NCBI GenBank assembly: GCA_043228905.1
Contig: JBHGNT010000003.1
Coordinates: 11,780,001 to 11,844,000 of the forward strand
Reading direction: 5' to 3'
From: Azolla caroliniana
Taxonomy: Eukaryota > Plantae > Polypodiophyta
Length of the DNA stretch: 64,000 nucleotides
Part shown: piece by piece, positions 52,213-64,000 of the stretch
Position numbering within the stretch: the first letter of the stretch is position 1
Layout of the letters: each line of letters begins with the position of its first letter
Position numbers and translations under genes: made by a program
The notes under the pieces: model-generated
Told to the model about the DNA's origin: nothing
Database searches by the model: none
Seen by the model: the letters and a program-made list of their open reading frames with translations, nothing else

Positions 52213-54642
52213 GAAATGGAAATTTCACGACGAGTCACCGCCTCCGCCCTGGAAGAAGTAAATGTGGGTACAGAGTCGGAACCCTGTTTCCTCTCCATTG
52301 CAAAGGAATTAAGGCTGGACCAGAGAAACACGATGATCACACTACTCCCGAAATAGAAAGATGTGTTCGCTTGGACTCACGAGGACATGAAGGGGTTAGA
52401 TCCCAAGTTCTATCAGCATAAGATCCATTTAGCAACCAACGCGAAACCCGTCCAACAGTGCCGCTACCGCATGAACCCGAACTATGCGACCCGCGTGAAA
52501 GAAGAAATTGGCAAGCTCCTGAAGGCGGGGTTCATACGGCCAGTTAAACAAGCGACATGGTTAAGCCCGATAGTGGTCGTTCTAAAGAAAAACGGCAAAA
52601 TATGGATATGCGTAGATTGCCGCACCGCACGCTTAAGCCTGAATCCCGCGGAATGTGCTTTCGGCATGACCAGCGGGACTCTCCTGGGCCATATAGTCAG
52701 CAAGGAGGGAATAGCGGTTGATCCGAACAAGATCTCCACGATTATGCAAGCCAAAACTCTGAGAAAAGCCAAATCACTCAGCCGGTTTTTAGGACAAATA
52801 CGTTGGCATAGTCGGATGATACAGTATGAGGCACTTAAGATAATGCTCACACAGGCCCCCATCGTACAACCACCAGTTTGGGCGAAGCCATTCCACGTGT
52901 TCGTCGACGCCTCGAACATAGCAATAGGAAGTGCACTAATGTAGCTCATCGGCCAGTGTACTACGCTAGTTGCAAATTATCAACAACAGAGTGTAACTAT
53001 CCCACAACGAAGCGAGAGGTGCTAGGGATGATCTATAGCATCAATAAATTCCGGCATTATTTACTAGGGAGGAAATTCACGTTCCACGTGGATCATTCGG
53101 CGCTGCTGTATTTGGTGGAGAAACAAGCCCTAACGGGGAAATTGGCGCAGTGGATGCTGCTGCTCCAAGAATTCGATTTCGTAATCCAGCACCGACCAGG
53201 GACACAACACGCAGTGGCGGATTTTTTGAGCAGACTCGAGAATGGAGAAACAGTACAGAAAGATGACGACAATTTTCCAAACACTGACATCCTGCAGTAG
53301 TAGAAAGAACGGAATCGACCTTTCCGGACCGGTGGCTTATGGAAATGACGTACTTTTTGACTACGGGACTGCCTCCACCACAATTACGCACGGACGAGAA
53401 GAAATGACTAGCCGTTCGAAGCCGTCACTTCTGCCTCGTAGAAGGAGTTTTATATCACAAAGGAAGTGACGGCATTTGGCAACGTGGGGTACGTCAGGAC
53501 GAGAAGGAAGCAATTTTACAGGAGGCGCACTGTGGCACGGCAGGCGGCCATTACGCAGGCGACGTTACAGCCCGGAAAGTATGGCAGGCGAGCTTATGGT
53601 GGCCAACAACGCAGAAGGATGCATCCAAGTATTGTAGAAAGTGTCATTTGTGTCAACGGATGGGCCAGCCCGCGGAGGGCACAAGGATGCCACATCAACT
53701 CGTATTACCGTTAGACCCCTTCCAAAAGAGGGAATTGGATTTTGTGGGCCCCTTCACACCGGCGACAGACCGTACGAGCAATAAATACATATTGGTAGCT
53801 ACGGATTATTGTACCAAGTGGGTAGAAGCAAAGGCACTACGTGAAAATACGGCGGCCGTCACAACCAGATTCCTTTACGAGCATATCTGGTGCCAGTTCG
53901 ACTGCCCGATTGAGCTCATCAGTGCCCAGGGGAGTCACTTTCTCAATACGGTGGTTCGGGAACTAACACATCATTACGCCGTAGTCCACAAGAAGAGTAC
54001 GCCATATTATCCACAGGCGAATGGGTTAGCGGAATCTACCAACAAGACGTTGCAGACCATCTTGAAGAAAATCGTCAATGAAAATAGAATGAACTGGGAC
54101 ACCAAATTATAGAGTGCGTTATGGGCGTACAGAACCAACTACAAAACAAGCATACAGTCAACACCGTTTCGACTAGCGTTTGGGCTAGAGGCTGTGATGC
54201 CGGTAGAATTTCAAGTACCTAGTTTGCGGATTCAGGTACGGAACCGACTATCAGAAGCCAAGTCGGAGGAGGTACGGCTCCACCAACTACTCGAACTCGG
54301 GGAAAAACGCGTACACAGCATGGCTGTGTTGGAGCAGGAACAACAACGGCGTAAAGCGTTTGTGGATCGACATCGGAACGCAAGGGAAAAGGAGTTCGCC
54401 GTCGGTCGAGTGGTGTAGGTTTTCCAAACCTGCATGGGCCATATGCCAGGGAAGTTACGATTCCGCTAGACCGGCCCATACTGGATAATTGGAGCGGAAC
54501 AAGGCACGTTCCAACTAGGTACGCTGGCCGAGGAAGTAGTACGGCAAAAGGTGAATGGGTTTCGGCTCAAACCGTACCTGGGCCCTACGCCACCTAACCC
54601 ATTCACTGCCGAATGGGACAGAGCCGGAGAACCCGCAGCGTA
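52213..54642 (+). pseudogene. pol: B2 pol remainder (RT core deleted, RH, INT)
   Basis: WLSPIVVV..CVD fused to CRTARLSLNP; FHVFVDAS; LDFVGP..ATDYCTKWVEA..PQANGLAE. Confidence 0.9.
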
Positions 54643-54853
54643 AATGGACGGCCCCACTTGTACGATGGCTCACCGCCCAATGAACCCTAAGCCACAAAAG
54701 GAAGGAAATAGAAGATTTTCTGCACAAAACAGAAACCCATCTTCTAGCTATCAGTGCTCCCATCGCTCCTCCCTCTCACCTTCTCCTCCATTCTATCACA
54801 GAGCTTCAGCCCACCGCAACCACCGGTCTCCTTCCCACGAACCTCCTTTGGCG

Positions 54854-57451
54854 ATGTCGATATTCATCTCTACTGCCTTACGCCGATGGCTCGTGGAGAA
54901 ATGCCTGGATGGGTACATCCAGGTCGCAGAGGCACCCCCACACCCGGATGCCATGGACATCGCCAAGAAGCTTAACATCGACACGGTCACCAACTCTTCC
55001 ATCTGGAAAAAGTTGGACCTGTCATCGCTAGGCGAAAGGCATTTCGAAATCCCTCTTGTAGAGGCGCTGCAGCGATATTTCGGGCCATATTCCTCCTCCG
55101 CCAAGGCCTATAGAACGAAGCAGATCCCAGATCCCTTCTTACGGTAAAAAGCTCAGGCCGATCATACTACAGTACCTTACGGTACTATTCCCATCCCGAG
55201 GCCTACCAGCACCGCAGCCCAGCCGACCCACGCCCCCGCCCCGATCCACGAAGCGTAGGTTAGCGGAGTTAGCGGCCCCATAGTGGGAAGAGGAACCCCA
55301 ACTTGCCCATCCAGACATGTGGACAACACCTACGGCCCAGCCGGACACACGGACAACGCAGGAGGAACAATCGGCATGTTTCGTGGAAGCAACCCCAGAG
55401 CTAGACACCGAAACACAGCAGGATAGCCCTAAACCGAAACAATGTAGATTGGACAGGAAAGATGGGCGGGGGTTGGTCAAAGACGTCCCCATGGCAACAG
55501 AGACACCGACCGAAGGCGATGGCTCCGCAGCTACGGAGCCCAATACCACCTTCGAAATCATTCGGGAGCCACGGCCGATCATTACGACCCAGTCCCAACG
55601 AGGGAAAGCCGTATTGATGGCGGAAAGCGAGATTTTGGCATATCCGGATATCCCGAATACAACCCATGAGTTCAACGCCCTCTTACAGTTCGGAACTTCT
55701 TTTGAGCTCATGGAATTCCTGGCAGCACAACAGGTAAAAGCCTCCCAACGAATGGTCGAGGAGCACACGGAACACCAGATGATCGAGCGAGCCCTAACAC
55801 AAACAGCGGAGAGCGACGATGAGGACCGGTTAGCCAGGGTCGGCAGACAAAGGAACGTTGGAGTACGCCGAGTGGGGATGGAGCTACCCCCATTAAACAC
55901 GCCCTAGTCGAAGTCAATAGGGAACTGGCAAAGGTCAGCACGGGCGCCAAGGACATGGCCATTAAAAATAAGAATGTCTGGAAGAAGGTGAAACTGACCC
56001 AAGCCGAGCTGCAAAAAGCCAATGAACGCATCGCGGAGTTGGAAGCTAACGCGACTACGGCGCAACATGCAACTCCGCCACCAAACCACGCCATCGACGC
56101 TTTAAAGGAAGAAATTGAGGCTCAGACCACCATCACCTCAAAAGAGAAAAGGGCCATGCAACTAGCGGAATCAAAAATTGACCGCCTTCGAGCTGAACTA
56201 CGCCAATCCTCAAACAAAGAAAAGGAGATACAGGCTAACGACTGGAAGGCAATAAAAACCCTTGAAGAGAAACTCGCGACGGAGGTAGCTCAGCACATCC
56301 GGACAAAAGACGAAAACGCCCAATTACGGGAGGAAGTGAAGAAATCGGAGGCGGCAATCGCGGGACTCCGAGCCTTATTAGAGAAAAAGAAGGAATGGTT
56401 CGACGAGCAGCTGGTGGTCGAACAAGAAAGAAGGCATCAGCTCGAAATCCGCCTAAACAATGAAATGGGGAAATTAGAAGAACAACATGCAAAGGAATCC
56501 CAGCTGTGGGCGGGCCTAAAGACCACGTATGAAGAAGCAGTGACGGTTAAGCAGCAAGAAATTGCAAACCTCCAGAAGTCGATGGAGGACGCACGCAACC
56601 ATTGCCAGGCCATCACAGACAACGTGCGTATCCTTCTCCAAACAAATCGGGAGAGGTTCACAACACAATTGAAAACGGCGCTAGACAAAGGATGGAGGGC
56701 GTGGGCAACCCAAGCAGCAGAATTGCACGCGTATCGTGCGGACTGGGAGAACCGGCATAAAGACGATCGAGGTTTCTATAAACTAAATGAGGAGAGCATT
56801 GCGGCCGTACGCGAGGACCTAGCGCAAGACTATCATGTGCTAGCGGACCAACATTACGAGGAACTCGCGCAGCTCTTAGATGATTTTGGTGAAAGCTAGG
56901 AAGAGCTATTTCACCAGATCACAGAAGCCGGCAACACGCGAACAAATGAGGAATCCAGCGCGACGCCAAGTCCGGGCACGGCCGAAGAAGAGGAACCTCA
57001 GGCCCGTTCACCAGAAATTACGACGACGGTGAACAGCGCGGACCAACGAGCGAAGTCCCCCACAATTCCAGACAGCGAAACCGCGGCCCAAGAGGAGCTC
57101 CATCCGCAGGACTCCACGCTCTCAACGGACCACACGGAGAATGGTGCGGACCAGGTGGCCTCGCAGCCCCAGTCCCCGGAGCATACAAAGACGGTCGACA
57201 CCACGAAGGAAGTAACGATTGAGACAGAGCCGCAGCCGACCGCAAGCACGACGACGGCGGAGCCCAACCCACTAGATCAAGAAGAGCCCATCGTACCCAA
57301 ACCGCCCACACACGATGACTGCGACACCGGGAGAAACCATTTCGAGCACACAAGGGAGCCACACCACGATGCACCTACAGGCCCTGTGTCGCCTCTGGAC
57401 ACGGACACTGTAGCAGAGCCAAACATCCGGGCCATTTTGGAAGAAGATTAA
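54854..57451 (+). pseudogene. B2 extra ORF (coiled-coil protein)
   Basis: ORFs 54644, 55317, 55955 (314 aa, heptad-rich), 57029; homologous to the B1 extra ORF. Confidence 0.78.
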
Positions 57452-57479
57452 CGGGATGGGTCTGACGTGCCAGGGCACT

Positions 57480-57496
57480 GTCCCACAGACGTGCCA
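57480..57496 (+). promoter_or_regulatory. Anti-PBS / tRNA-Arg 3'-end mimic in the PPT position (B2)
   Basis: GTCCCACAGACGTGCCA, 2 nt before the 3' LTR TG at 57499. Confidence 0.8.
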
Positions 57497-57942
57497 GGTG
57501 TTGTCCGCCGGAATAGTAACCGACGGACAAGCGTGTAGGAATAGGAAATAATATAAGATCATAACGCATGTAACGGTTCACGCAGGAAGCGTGAACGGCT
57601 AAATAGACCCTACGTATATAAAGGGCAGAAAACCTCTGATAGAGGTAGCGTGTATTTTGGAATGTAAAGAAGCGTATCATAATAGAATTTTATCTTCTCT
57701 GAAAGTCTGTGTATAGCTATGGCTAATCTACTGTGTGTATGGAATACCTGAGCGTGTAAGAACGTGAGTGTAATCACTGATAAGGAGTCGGTTGTAGCCA
57801 TCTACCTTAAACGACGATAGGTTTCAAGGGAACATTCCCCTACGCATTACGCATATACGCCACCATTCATTGTCCCACAATCACTTGGAGGTCTAGGTTG
57901 AAGGACTGACCGCAAACCGTGTTCCTAATTGGTAACAATAGT

Positions 57943-59900
57943 TGATTTAAAAACATTAGTTTATTTGGACTACTATTTTATTATCTTTTGAGGGTGGTTT
58001 CGCACTATGTGTCGAAAACATTACGACATTTACCCCCACCAAACCTGCACATCCTCCAGTATGTGCCAAGTGAGGTTTCATCCTCCTAGTTGAAATCTTT
58101 AATCCTTGCCCGAATATTTTCCTTTCTTTCTAACCTAAGTATCTGTGATGGAGATTGACATTGAACCAGCTCTTTGGCTCCTCATATCTCTTCTTCCAAT
58201 GCCACCACGACCACTCTTTGCACCGCCACGACCGATTGTCATGGCCTCTTCCGTCTTCCCCAAGCATAACGCTTCATGCACCATGCATGTGCTGCCTTTT
58301 TTTTTATCATCTTCATGGTCAAGGAATTTCAATCTTCCTTCTTCTATCAATCCAAGGTTGTCTTTGTTAGGCCTCATCCAAACATTGACTTTGACTACTC
58401 CTTGTAGCCCATGCTTCAAGTACATGCTCACATTTATGCCCTTAGACGACCACATTGCATTTTTCCCATTTCTTCCTTTTTCATGGCATCCTCTCATGTG
58501 AGAGTTGACCATATATTGTTTGATATTTGTAATGGTGTCCTCTTTCGAGTTGGATATTGTGATCAAATACCAAGGAACGCCCTTCGAATTCACTTCCTTC
58601 ATTTGGTCATCATCATGCACCATTGTGCTTTGTTTGACCTCTTCATCATATGCATTAGCTTTGACTTTTGCTTCCTCACCGCCACCTTCCTTCTCTTGGA
58701 TCTTAATTTCGTTTGGGTATGTCTCTTCAGTGATGGCCCTTTCTCCACCGACCGATATGTCCCCATCCACCATTGCCCAAATCTCTTGAAATAGTGGGGA
58801 GGAAGTCGTAGCACACTTGTCATCCTCCTTCATTGTGGTGTCCATAGCAACCTCTACCTCTAAGTTGTTATCCGTGGCCATCTCTTCAAACTCATGGGCT
58901 GCGTACCCATTGACCTTCTCGATCAAGCATGGCTCAATTATGCTTGCCTCTTCATTGTACGCATCGGCTTTGACCTTCACTTCCTTGCCGCCACCTTCCT
59001 TCTCTTGGTTCTTAATTTGGTTTGGGTATGATTCTTTGGTGATGGCCTTTTTTCCACCGACCGATATGTCCTCATCCATCATTGCCCAAATCTCTTGAAA
59101 TAATGGGGAGGAAGTCTCGCCACATCATCCATAGCCATCTTCATCCTGGCATCATTGTCCTCCATTGTTCTTTCGGTCGGCTCAATCTGCTTTGACATCT
59201 CAGTTGCTATCGGAGCCTTCCATCTTTGAACGATCGACCACACCATGTCGGAATCATCTAGCCATCGACGAGGCTTGTCAAGCTGGTCACATGCTTTTCT
59301 TACCTCAACCCAATCCATTATGAGACCATTGGGTTGTGTTTCATCCTCTAATAGACTACCTAGTTCTCATTTATCGTTCACATCCACCGCCTTTAAGAAG
59401 TATAGAACCTTATCTTCTTCAAGAAACATCTAGTCGGTGCTTGGGAGATTATTGTGCATTTGCTCGAATTCGTTGTACACCCCCCCCCCAATGCATTTAT
59501 TTTCTTCCCCTTCTTCTCGATCCACTTCATCAACGTATGACGAGTCATCCTCGATGCATCTTCAAGCATATATTCAGGCAAAAGTGTCATTTCGAATCCC
59601 GCCCAGGTTGTTTGTGTGGCTTGAATCTCCCTTATACGGCCTTGTAACCCATTTGCCATGACATTCTTGAAGTTTGATATTTGTTTCTCTTCTATGACAT
59701 CTCATTATAGCATCTCTGTCTTGTATATAATGAGGAAATCCATAATATTTCTTCCACCAAATTGGCCCGCTATATCAATGATCCGGTTGATGGCCTTTGT
59801 TTAATCTTGCATCATTATCACGAGCTCTCATCATATGCTCGACAATAGCTACCAACTTCGCCATGTTACTCGGCCGGCAAAGACCAAGGTGTGAAAAGGG
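57943..59900 (-). mobile_element. H1: gag-only LTR element; gag-like region followed by acidic repeat ORF, PPT and 3' LTR starting at 58028
   Basis: Minus strand GGTTTGGTGGGGGTAAA then TGTCG; ORFs 59393-59659, 59079-59318, 58135-59082; homologous to 62588-63460; no pol motifs. Confidence 0.65.
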
Positions 59901-59919
59901 GAATTGTTATTTAGGAATC

Positions 59920-61031
59920 TGTTGAAATTACTAGTCTTAATATATAGATTAATATATGAGAAGATGTGGACGGACAGACCGGAATCGGTATGCCGATCCG
60001 GATCCGGACCGATCCCGAAAAGGTGCCGGTTGGCACCGTTTTGTACTTCGCACTAGTGACCTATATAAAGGCCAGTTATAATGTAGTCATTAACGGAGAG
60101 TAATATAAACCTTTTGTTTAATCATTGAGTATTGTTCACCGTTCTGTGCTTATTGTATATCTTACGCGTGTTAATGATGTATTGCTAAGTATCCGATTCA
60201 GGTCCAATTAAGCGTTGTGTCATAAGTTATCTCGCCATAACACCCTTTGGTGAAGTGTCTTAAGTGGACACCCTATGTTAGGCTGTTGTCCGGCCCTAAG
60301 GATTAACACAATTTTTGGCGACCACGATTCCTGCACAATCGCAGTGAACAGTGATGGGAATGGATGACTAGGCCAACGGACGACCTGGTTACGGAGAGAG
60401 CAAGTCGACTTGCTGAACGACGAAGGCAACAAGAGGCTTTCCACCAAGCGGCAGAAGAAATCCGATCGGATTGATCATTTTCCAAAGTTATCTAGAAAGT
60501 GGGGGAGGAGTCGCTCCGTCTGCAACAAAACACCTACCCGGACGAAGGAAGCAGCTTAAGTAGTCTCCGAGAAGTGGAATCCCTTCTCCAAGCATTGGTC
60601 GGAGGAGCCGGCGAATCCGAAGCTTTTTCGGTGCTGGAATCGGATTCGGAAGGGGGTTACAGTGCGCACACGAACTATCGTAGCAGTAACGACATCCCGT
60701 AAAGACTAGAGGATGAGGAGCCGGATACATTACCGACACCGGAACCAGAATTGTCAGACCGGGAACCTCCGGCACTAGACATGGCACAATCTCCGGAGAC
60801 GGAAGAGGATAAAGAAAGACCTCTGACATCGGAAGTCGAGCTGGCAACACCGAAGGGGGACTAGCAAAAACCTCTGACTCCGACAGACGACCAGCAACTA
60901 CCTCCGAAGCCGACGGAAGAGCAGGAAAGACCACCGACACCGCTAGCCCGCGCACCAACACCGAACGACGACATGTCGTTCCAGTACCCCAAGTATAGGG
61001 ATGACCCGGACGCGGAGGCTCATGTTCACGC
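59920..61031 (+). mobile_element. Element I: 5' LTR (~59920-60310), PBS TGGCGACCACG (Arg-like), leader and gag start; distant relative of B
   Basis: TG..CA ends, TATA box CTATATAAAGG; MSFQYPKYRDDPDAEAHVHA resembles B gag MAFSYPRFNSETDAATHI. Confidence 0.7.
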
Positions 61032-62542
61032 TGTCGTGTGAATCTTCACACACTATGTAAAAAAATAATGAAATAATTATTATAGATTAGATTAGTAGCT
61101 TACTATATAAAGATGGATATACTCAAGAGCTTCAAATCGTATTTTACTATATAAAAAATGGATAAATACATATCAAGTTATGTGAAAATAAAGTTTGAGA
61201 AGATAGGGAAATTAGAACTATCCCACATAGATAGGAAAGTTAAGGCCCTAGCTATATAAGCACCTTGAGCTCCCTCATTTTTCATTTGTGCTAAGAGCAC
61301 TTTGGCCACTTTACCTTGATGGATGATGGTGGCCAAATTCCCTAAAACCAGAAACTATCCGGTAAGCAAATCCGGAAACTGGTCAGGTAAGCAAATTTAG
61401 GAATTGGCTGGTATGCAAAACAGAAACAGGCCGGTAAGCAAAATTAGAACGGAAACCGGCAAGCAAACCGGAACCGGAAACCGGCCGGTATGCAAACCAG
61501 AAATCGGTTGGTAAGCAAAACCAAAACCAAAACCGGTATGCAAACCCAAAACCGGCCGGCAAGCAAAACCGGAACCGGTATGCAAACCAAAAATTGGTTG
61601 GTAAGCAAAACCGAAACCGGAACCGGTCGACAAGCAAACCGAAACCGGTCGGCACGCAAAACGGGAATCGGCCAGTAAGCAAAATCGGAACCGGAACCGG
61701 CCGACAAGCAAAATGGAACCGACCGGCCAGGGATTCGGCGATCGGGCGGCACTGGCAACCGGACGAGGTTGGACGCGGATGGACGGAAGATTGGATCATG
61801 CAACAAACTAAAGTAAACTAAAGAGAACTAAAGTAAAGGCCATGTGGGCGCAAGCAACTAAAGTTGGACTGCATGCAAAAAGTAAAGGTCATGTGGACGG
61901 TCACATGCAACTAAACGAAAAAGCCATGCAACTAAAAGAAGAAGCTATGCAACTAAAAGTAGAGGCCATGCAACAAAAAGTAGACATGCATATGATCAAC
62001 AGGGAACACCATATATATTCCATTTTTTTCCTATACTTGGGCTCTCTCCATATATTATTTTTCTTTTCCTTCTCAACTCCCTTATCTTAGGGAAGCCATA
62101 ACTCTCATAAACCCTAAATTCCCTACGGAAGCCATAACACTCAAAAACCCTAATCTTCCCTACGAAAGCCATATCTCTCAAGTAAATCCTAATTTTCTTA
62201 TCGAAGCCATATCTCTCAAGTAAACCCTAATTTCCTTACGGAAGCCATATCTTACTCATAACCCTAAATTTCCAAACGGAAGCTATTCAACTCATAAAAC
62301 CATAATCTCTTATCAAAACCAAAAACCCTAATTTTCTATAGAATTCATATCTTAATTTCCTCTAATCTATTACTCTAGCCATCTCCCTTAGCAAACTTTT
62401 TGTAATCCCAATCTTGGGATTAATTGTAATTCTCCTTTCGGTTAATTCTTAGTACATAAATACACGAATTTGATATCCTCTAGTCAAAAGGCCCCGGGGT
62501 CTTGCCTCAACGTTCACGTATCCTCATCGTATGTTCGCGACA
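61032..62542 (+). repeat. 5' LTR of H2 (~1.5 kb) containing three minisatellite arrays
   Basis: TGTCG...CGACA termini; arrays CCGGTAAGCAAA (61345-61730), GCAACTAAA (61800-61990), GAAGCCATA..AACCCTAA (62090-62340). Confidence 0.8.
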
Positions 62543-62546
62543 TCTT

Positions 62547-62564
62547 TGGTGAACCCGACGTGAA
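62547..62564 (+). promoter_or_regulatory. PBS, tRNA-Trp
   Basis: TGGTGAACCCGACGTGAA is complementary to the 3' end of plant cytosolic tRNA-Trp (recalled, not searched). Confidence 0.8.
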
Positions 62565-62587
62565 ACGAGGCGGTAGGAGGATATCTC

Positions 62588-64000
62588 ATGGAGGCATATA
62601 GATACAAAGAGCCGAAGAGATGCAAACTATACGAGTTCGATCAATGGGTATCATCATTAAAGACCCACCAAAGTGCCATGCATGCTTTCGTTGAGTTCAA
62701 GTGTCGCTTTGCACAACTCTCAGAGTGGGATCAAAGATTGGTGGGGGTGGAGAAAGTCCCAATGTTTGTGAAGTCGATCGATCGGAAGGAAAGGAAGGCC
62801 ATTGGAATCCAACTTGAGGATGATGATGGTGCAAATGGCCTCACCGAGGATTGGACGAAAGTGGAAAGAGTATGTCAACTGCACGATAAGAGGAAGACAA
62901 GATTCTTATCGGCAACAACACAATCCATGACGGATGGTGAAAGGAGGACAAGAAGCAACTACAAACTACCACCTAAAGAAGAAAACTCGAAGAGGGAAGG
63001 TTCAACAATACTCGATATAGAAGTCTTGATGGAAGAGGCATTCGAGAACTTAAAGGCGCAAGTTGAGGCTGAAGAGAAGCTTCAAAAGGAGCAAAAATTG
63101 AAGCAAATGATGAGCGAGGAAGAAGAGGCCTCCCAACAAATGCGGATTAATGTTACGGTTGATACAAAGGCCCATGTTCGGTACCACGATGTAACCATGG
63201 GAGAAGATGTGGAACAAGACGCCTTCTCGTCTTGCAAAGAAACAATGGCGAAGAATGAAACAAATGAATCGAGGGTGGCGAATGCCACTTCAAGTAAGGG
63301 CAAATGTTTTGGAACACGCATCGTGTCTGAAACATCAAGTGATGAAGGTGCTAGCATGAGCAAAGCTTGCATGATCAAGGGAGATAAAAAGTGTGAGGTC
63401 AACATGATTGAGGAGGTAGCCACGAGAAACGACATTGAGTTAGAAGTGGCTAAAAACTAGTCAATGGCAGATGGCCGTGTCAAGACTTTCTCCACACTTG
63501 TTCTAGAGACTTGGGCAGATGCGTCGAAAAGTAAACGTGAGACCCAAGAGACAGAAGGTGGTGGCGAGGAAGTGAAGGCCGAGGCTAACACATGCAAAGA
63601 AGAAGGAGACGTCAAGCCAAAGATGGTAGACAATGATGATGAAGAGACTCTCCCTACAAAGGTTCTCTAGACTTGGGCATTAACCGATGTAAGACCCAAG
63701 AGATGGAAGGTGGCGGTGAGAAAACAAAGATCAACGCCAACACCAACAACCATAAGGTGGAAGTGGCAAAGAGTAGCACGACAAAGGCAATGCCAAACTA
63801 CAAAATTCCTCCACACTCGTTTGAGAGACTTGGGCATTAATCGATGTAACACCCAAGCGAAGGACGATGGCGGTGAGGAAGCAAGGGTTAAAGCCAATGT
63901 GTGCACCAAGGAAGTAAAGCAAAGCAAAATGATGAAAGTCCATGAGTGCGACAAAGAGACCAAGCAAACCTCGAAAAGCACAGATATGGGCCAAGTGCGC
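62588..64000 (+). pseudogene. H2 gag-like ORF followed by acidic repeats (runs off the window)
   Basis: EKVPMFVKSIDRKERKAIGIQLEDDDGANGLTEDW matches H1 DKVLYFLKAVD..LLEDETQPNGLIMDW; repeated EGGGEEVK motif shared with H1. Confidence 0.65.

Larger units (their letters stand above)
43420..57937 (+). mobile_element. Gypsy B2: complete-ended non-chromovirus LTR retrotransposon with extra 3' ORF; contains Copia C2
   Basis: 439-bp LTRs 43420-43858 and 57499-57937, TSD ATAGT, PBS TGGCACGCCCGGTGGGAC, gag-PR-(RT mostly deleted)-RH-INT-extra ORF. Confidence 0.97.

Noticed and set aside
61383-61821. Repetitive ORFs on both strands
   Set aside because: Translations of an LTR minisatellite.
62090-62340. 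AAACCCTAA motifs as a telomeric tract
   Set aside because: Single motifs embedded in ~30-35 bp LTR repeats, not tandem telomere repeats.

Overview
Plant nuclear heterochromatin with no clear host gene. The window is a stack of nested, decayed transposons. The element types (Tcn1-like chromovirus, Phygy/Selgy-like non-chromovirus Gypsy, Sola2-like DNA transposon) suggest a non-seed plant such as a fern, lycophyte or bryophyte (inference). Nesting order, with my labels: Copia G (791-20430) contains Gypsy B1 (1627-17274), which contains chromovirus A (3477-10520, TSD GCCAG). Next are a 1108-bp tandem duplication of a Copia/Gypsy chimera and a Sola2-like transposon with an intron-containing transposase and a convergent FCP1/HAD-like gene. 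Copia E and Copia C1 sit inside Tcn1-like element D. Gypsy B2 (43420-57937, TSD ATAGT) contains Copia C2 (46336-52207, TSD AAAGG) and itself sits in the LTR of a gag-only element H1. The window ends with the 5' ends of two more elements (I, H2). Most striking: both B elements carry a near-exact reverse complement of their own tRNA-Arg PBS (a tRNA 3'-end mimic ending in CCA) 2 nt before the 3' LTR, where the polypurine tract should be. A 91-bp palindromic mini-element built from two LTR U3 ends and a Sola2-like element with phosphatase-like cargo also stand out. All coordinates and comparisons were read by eye.
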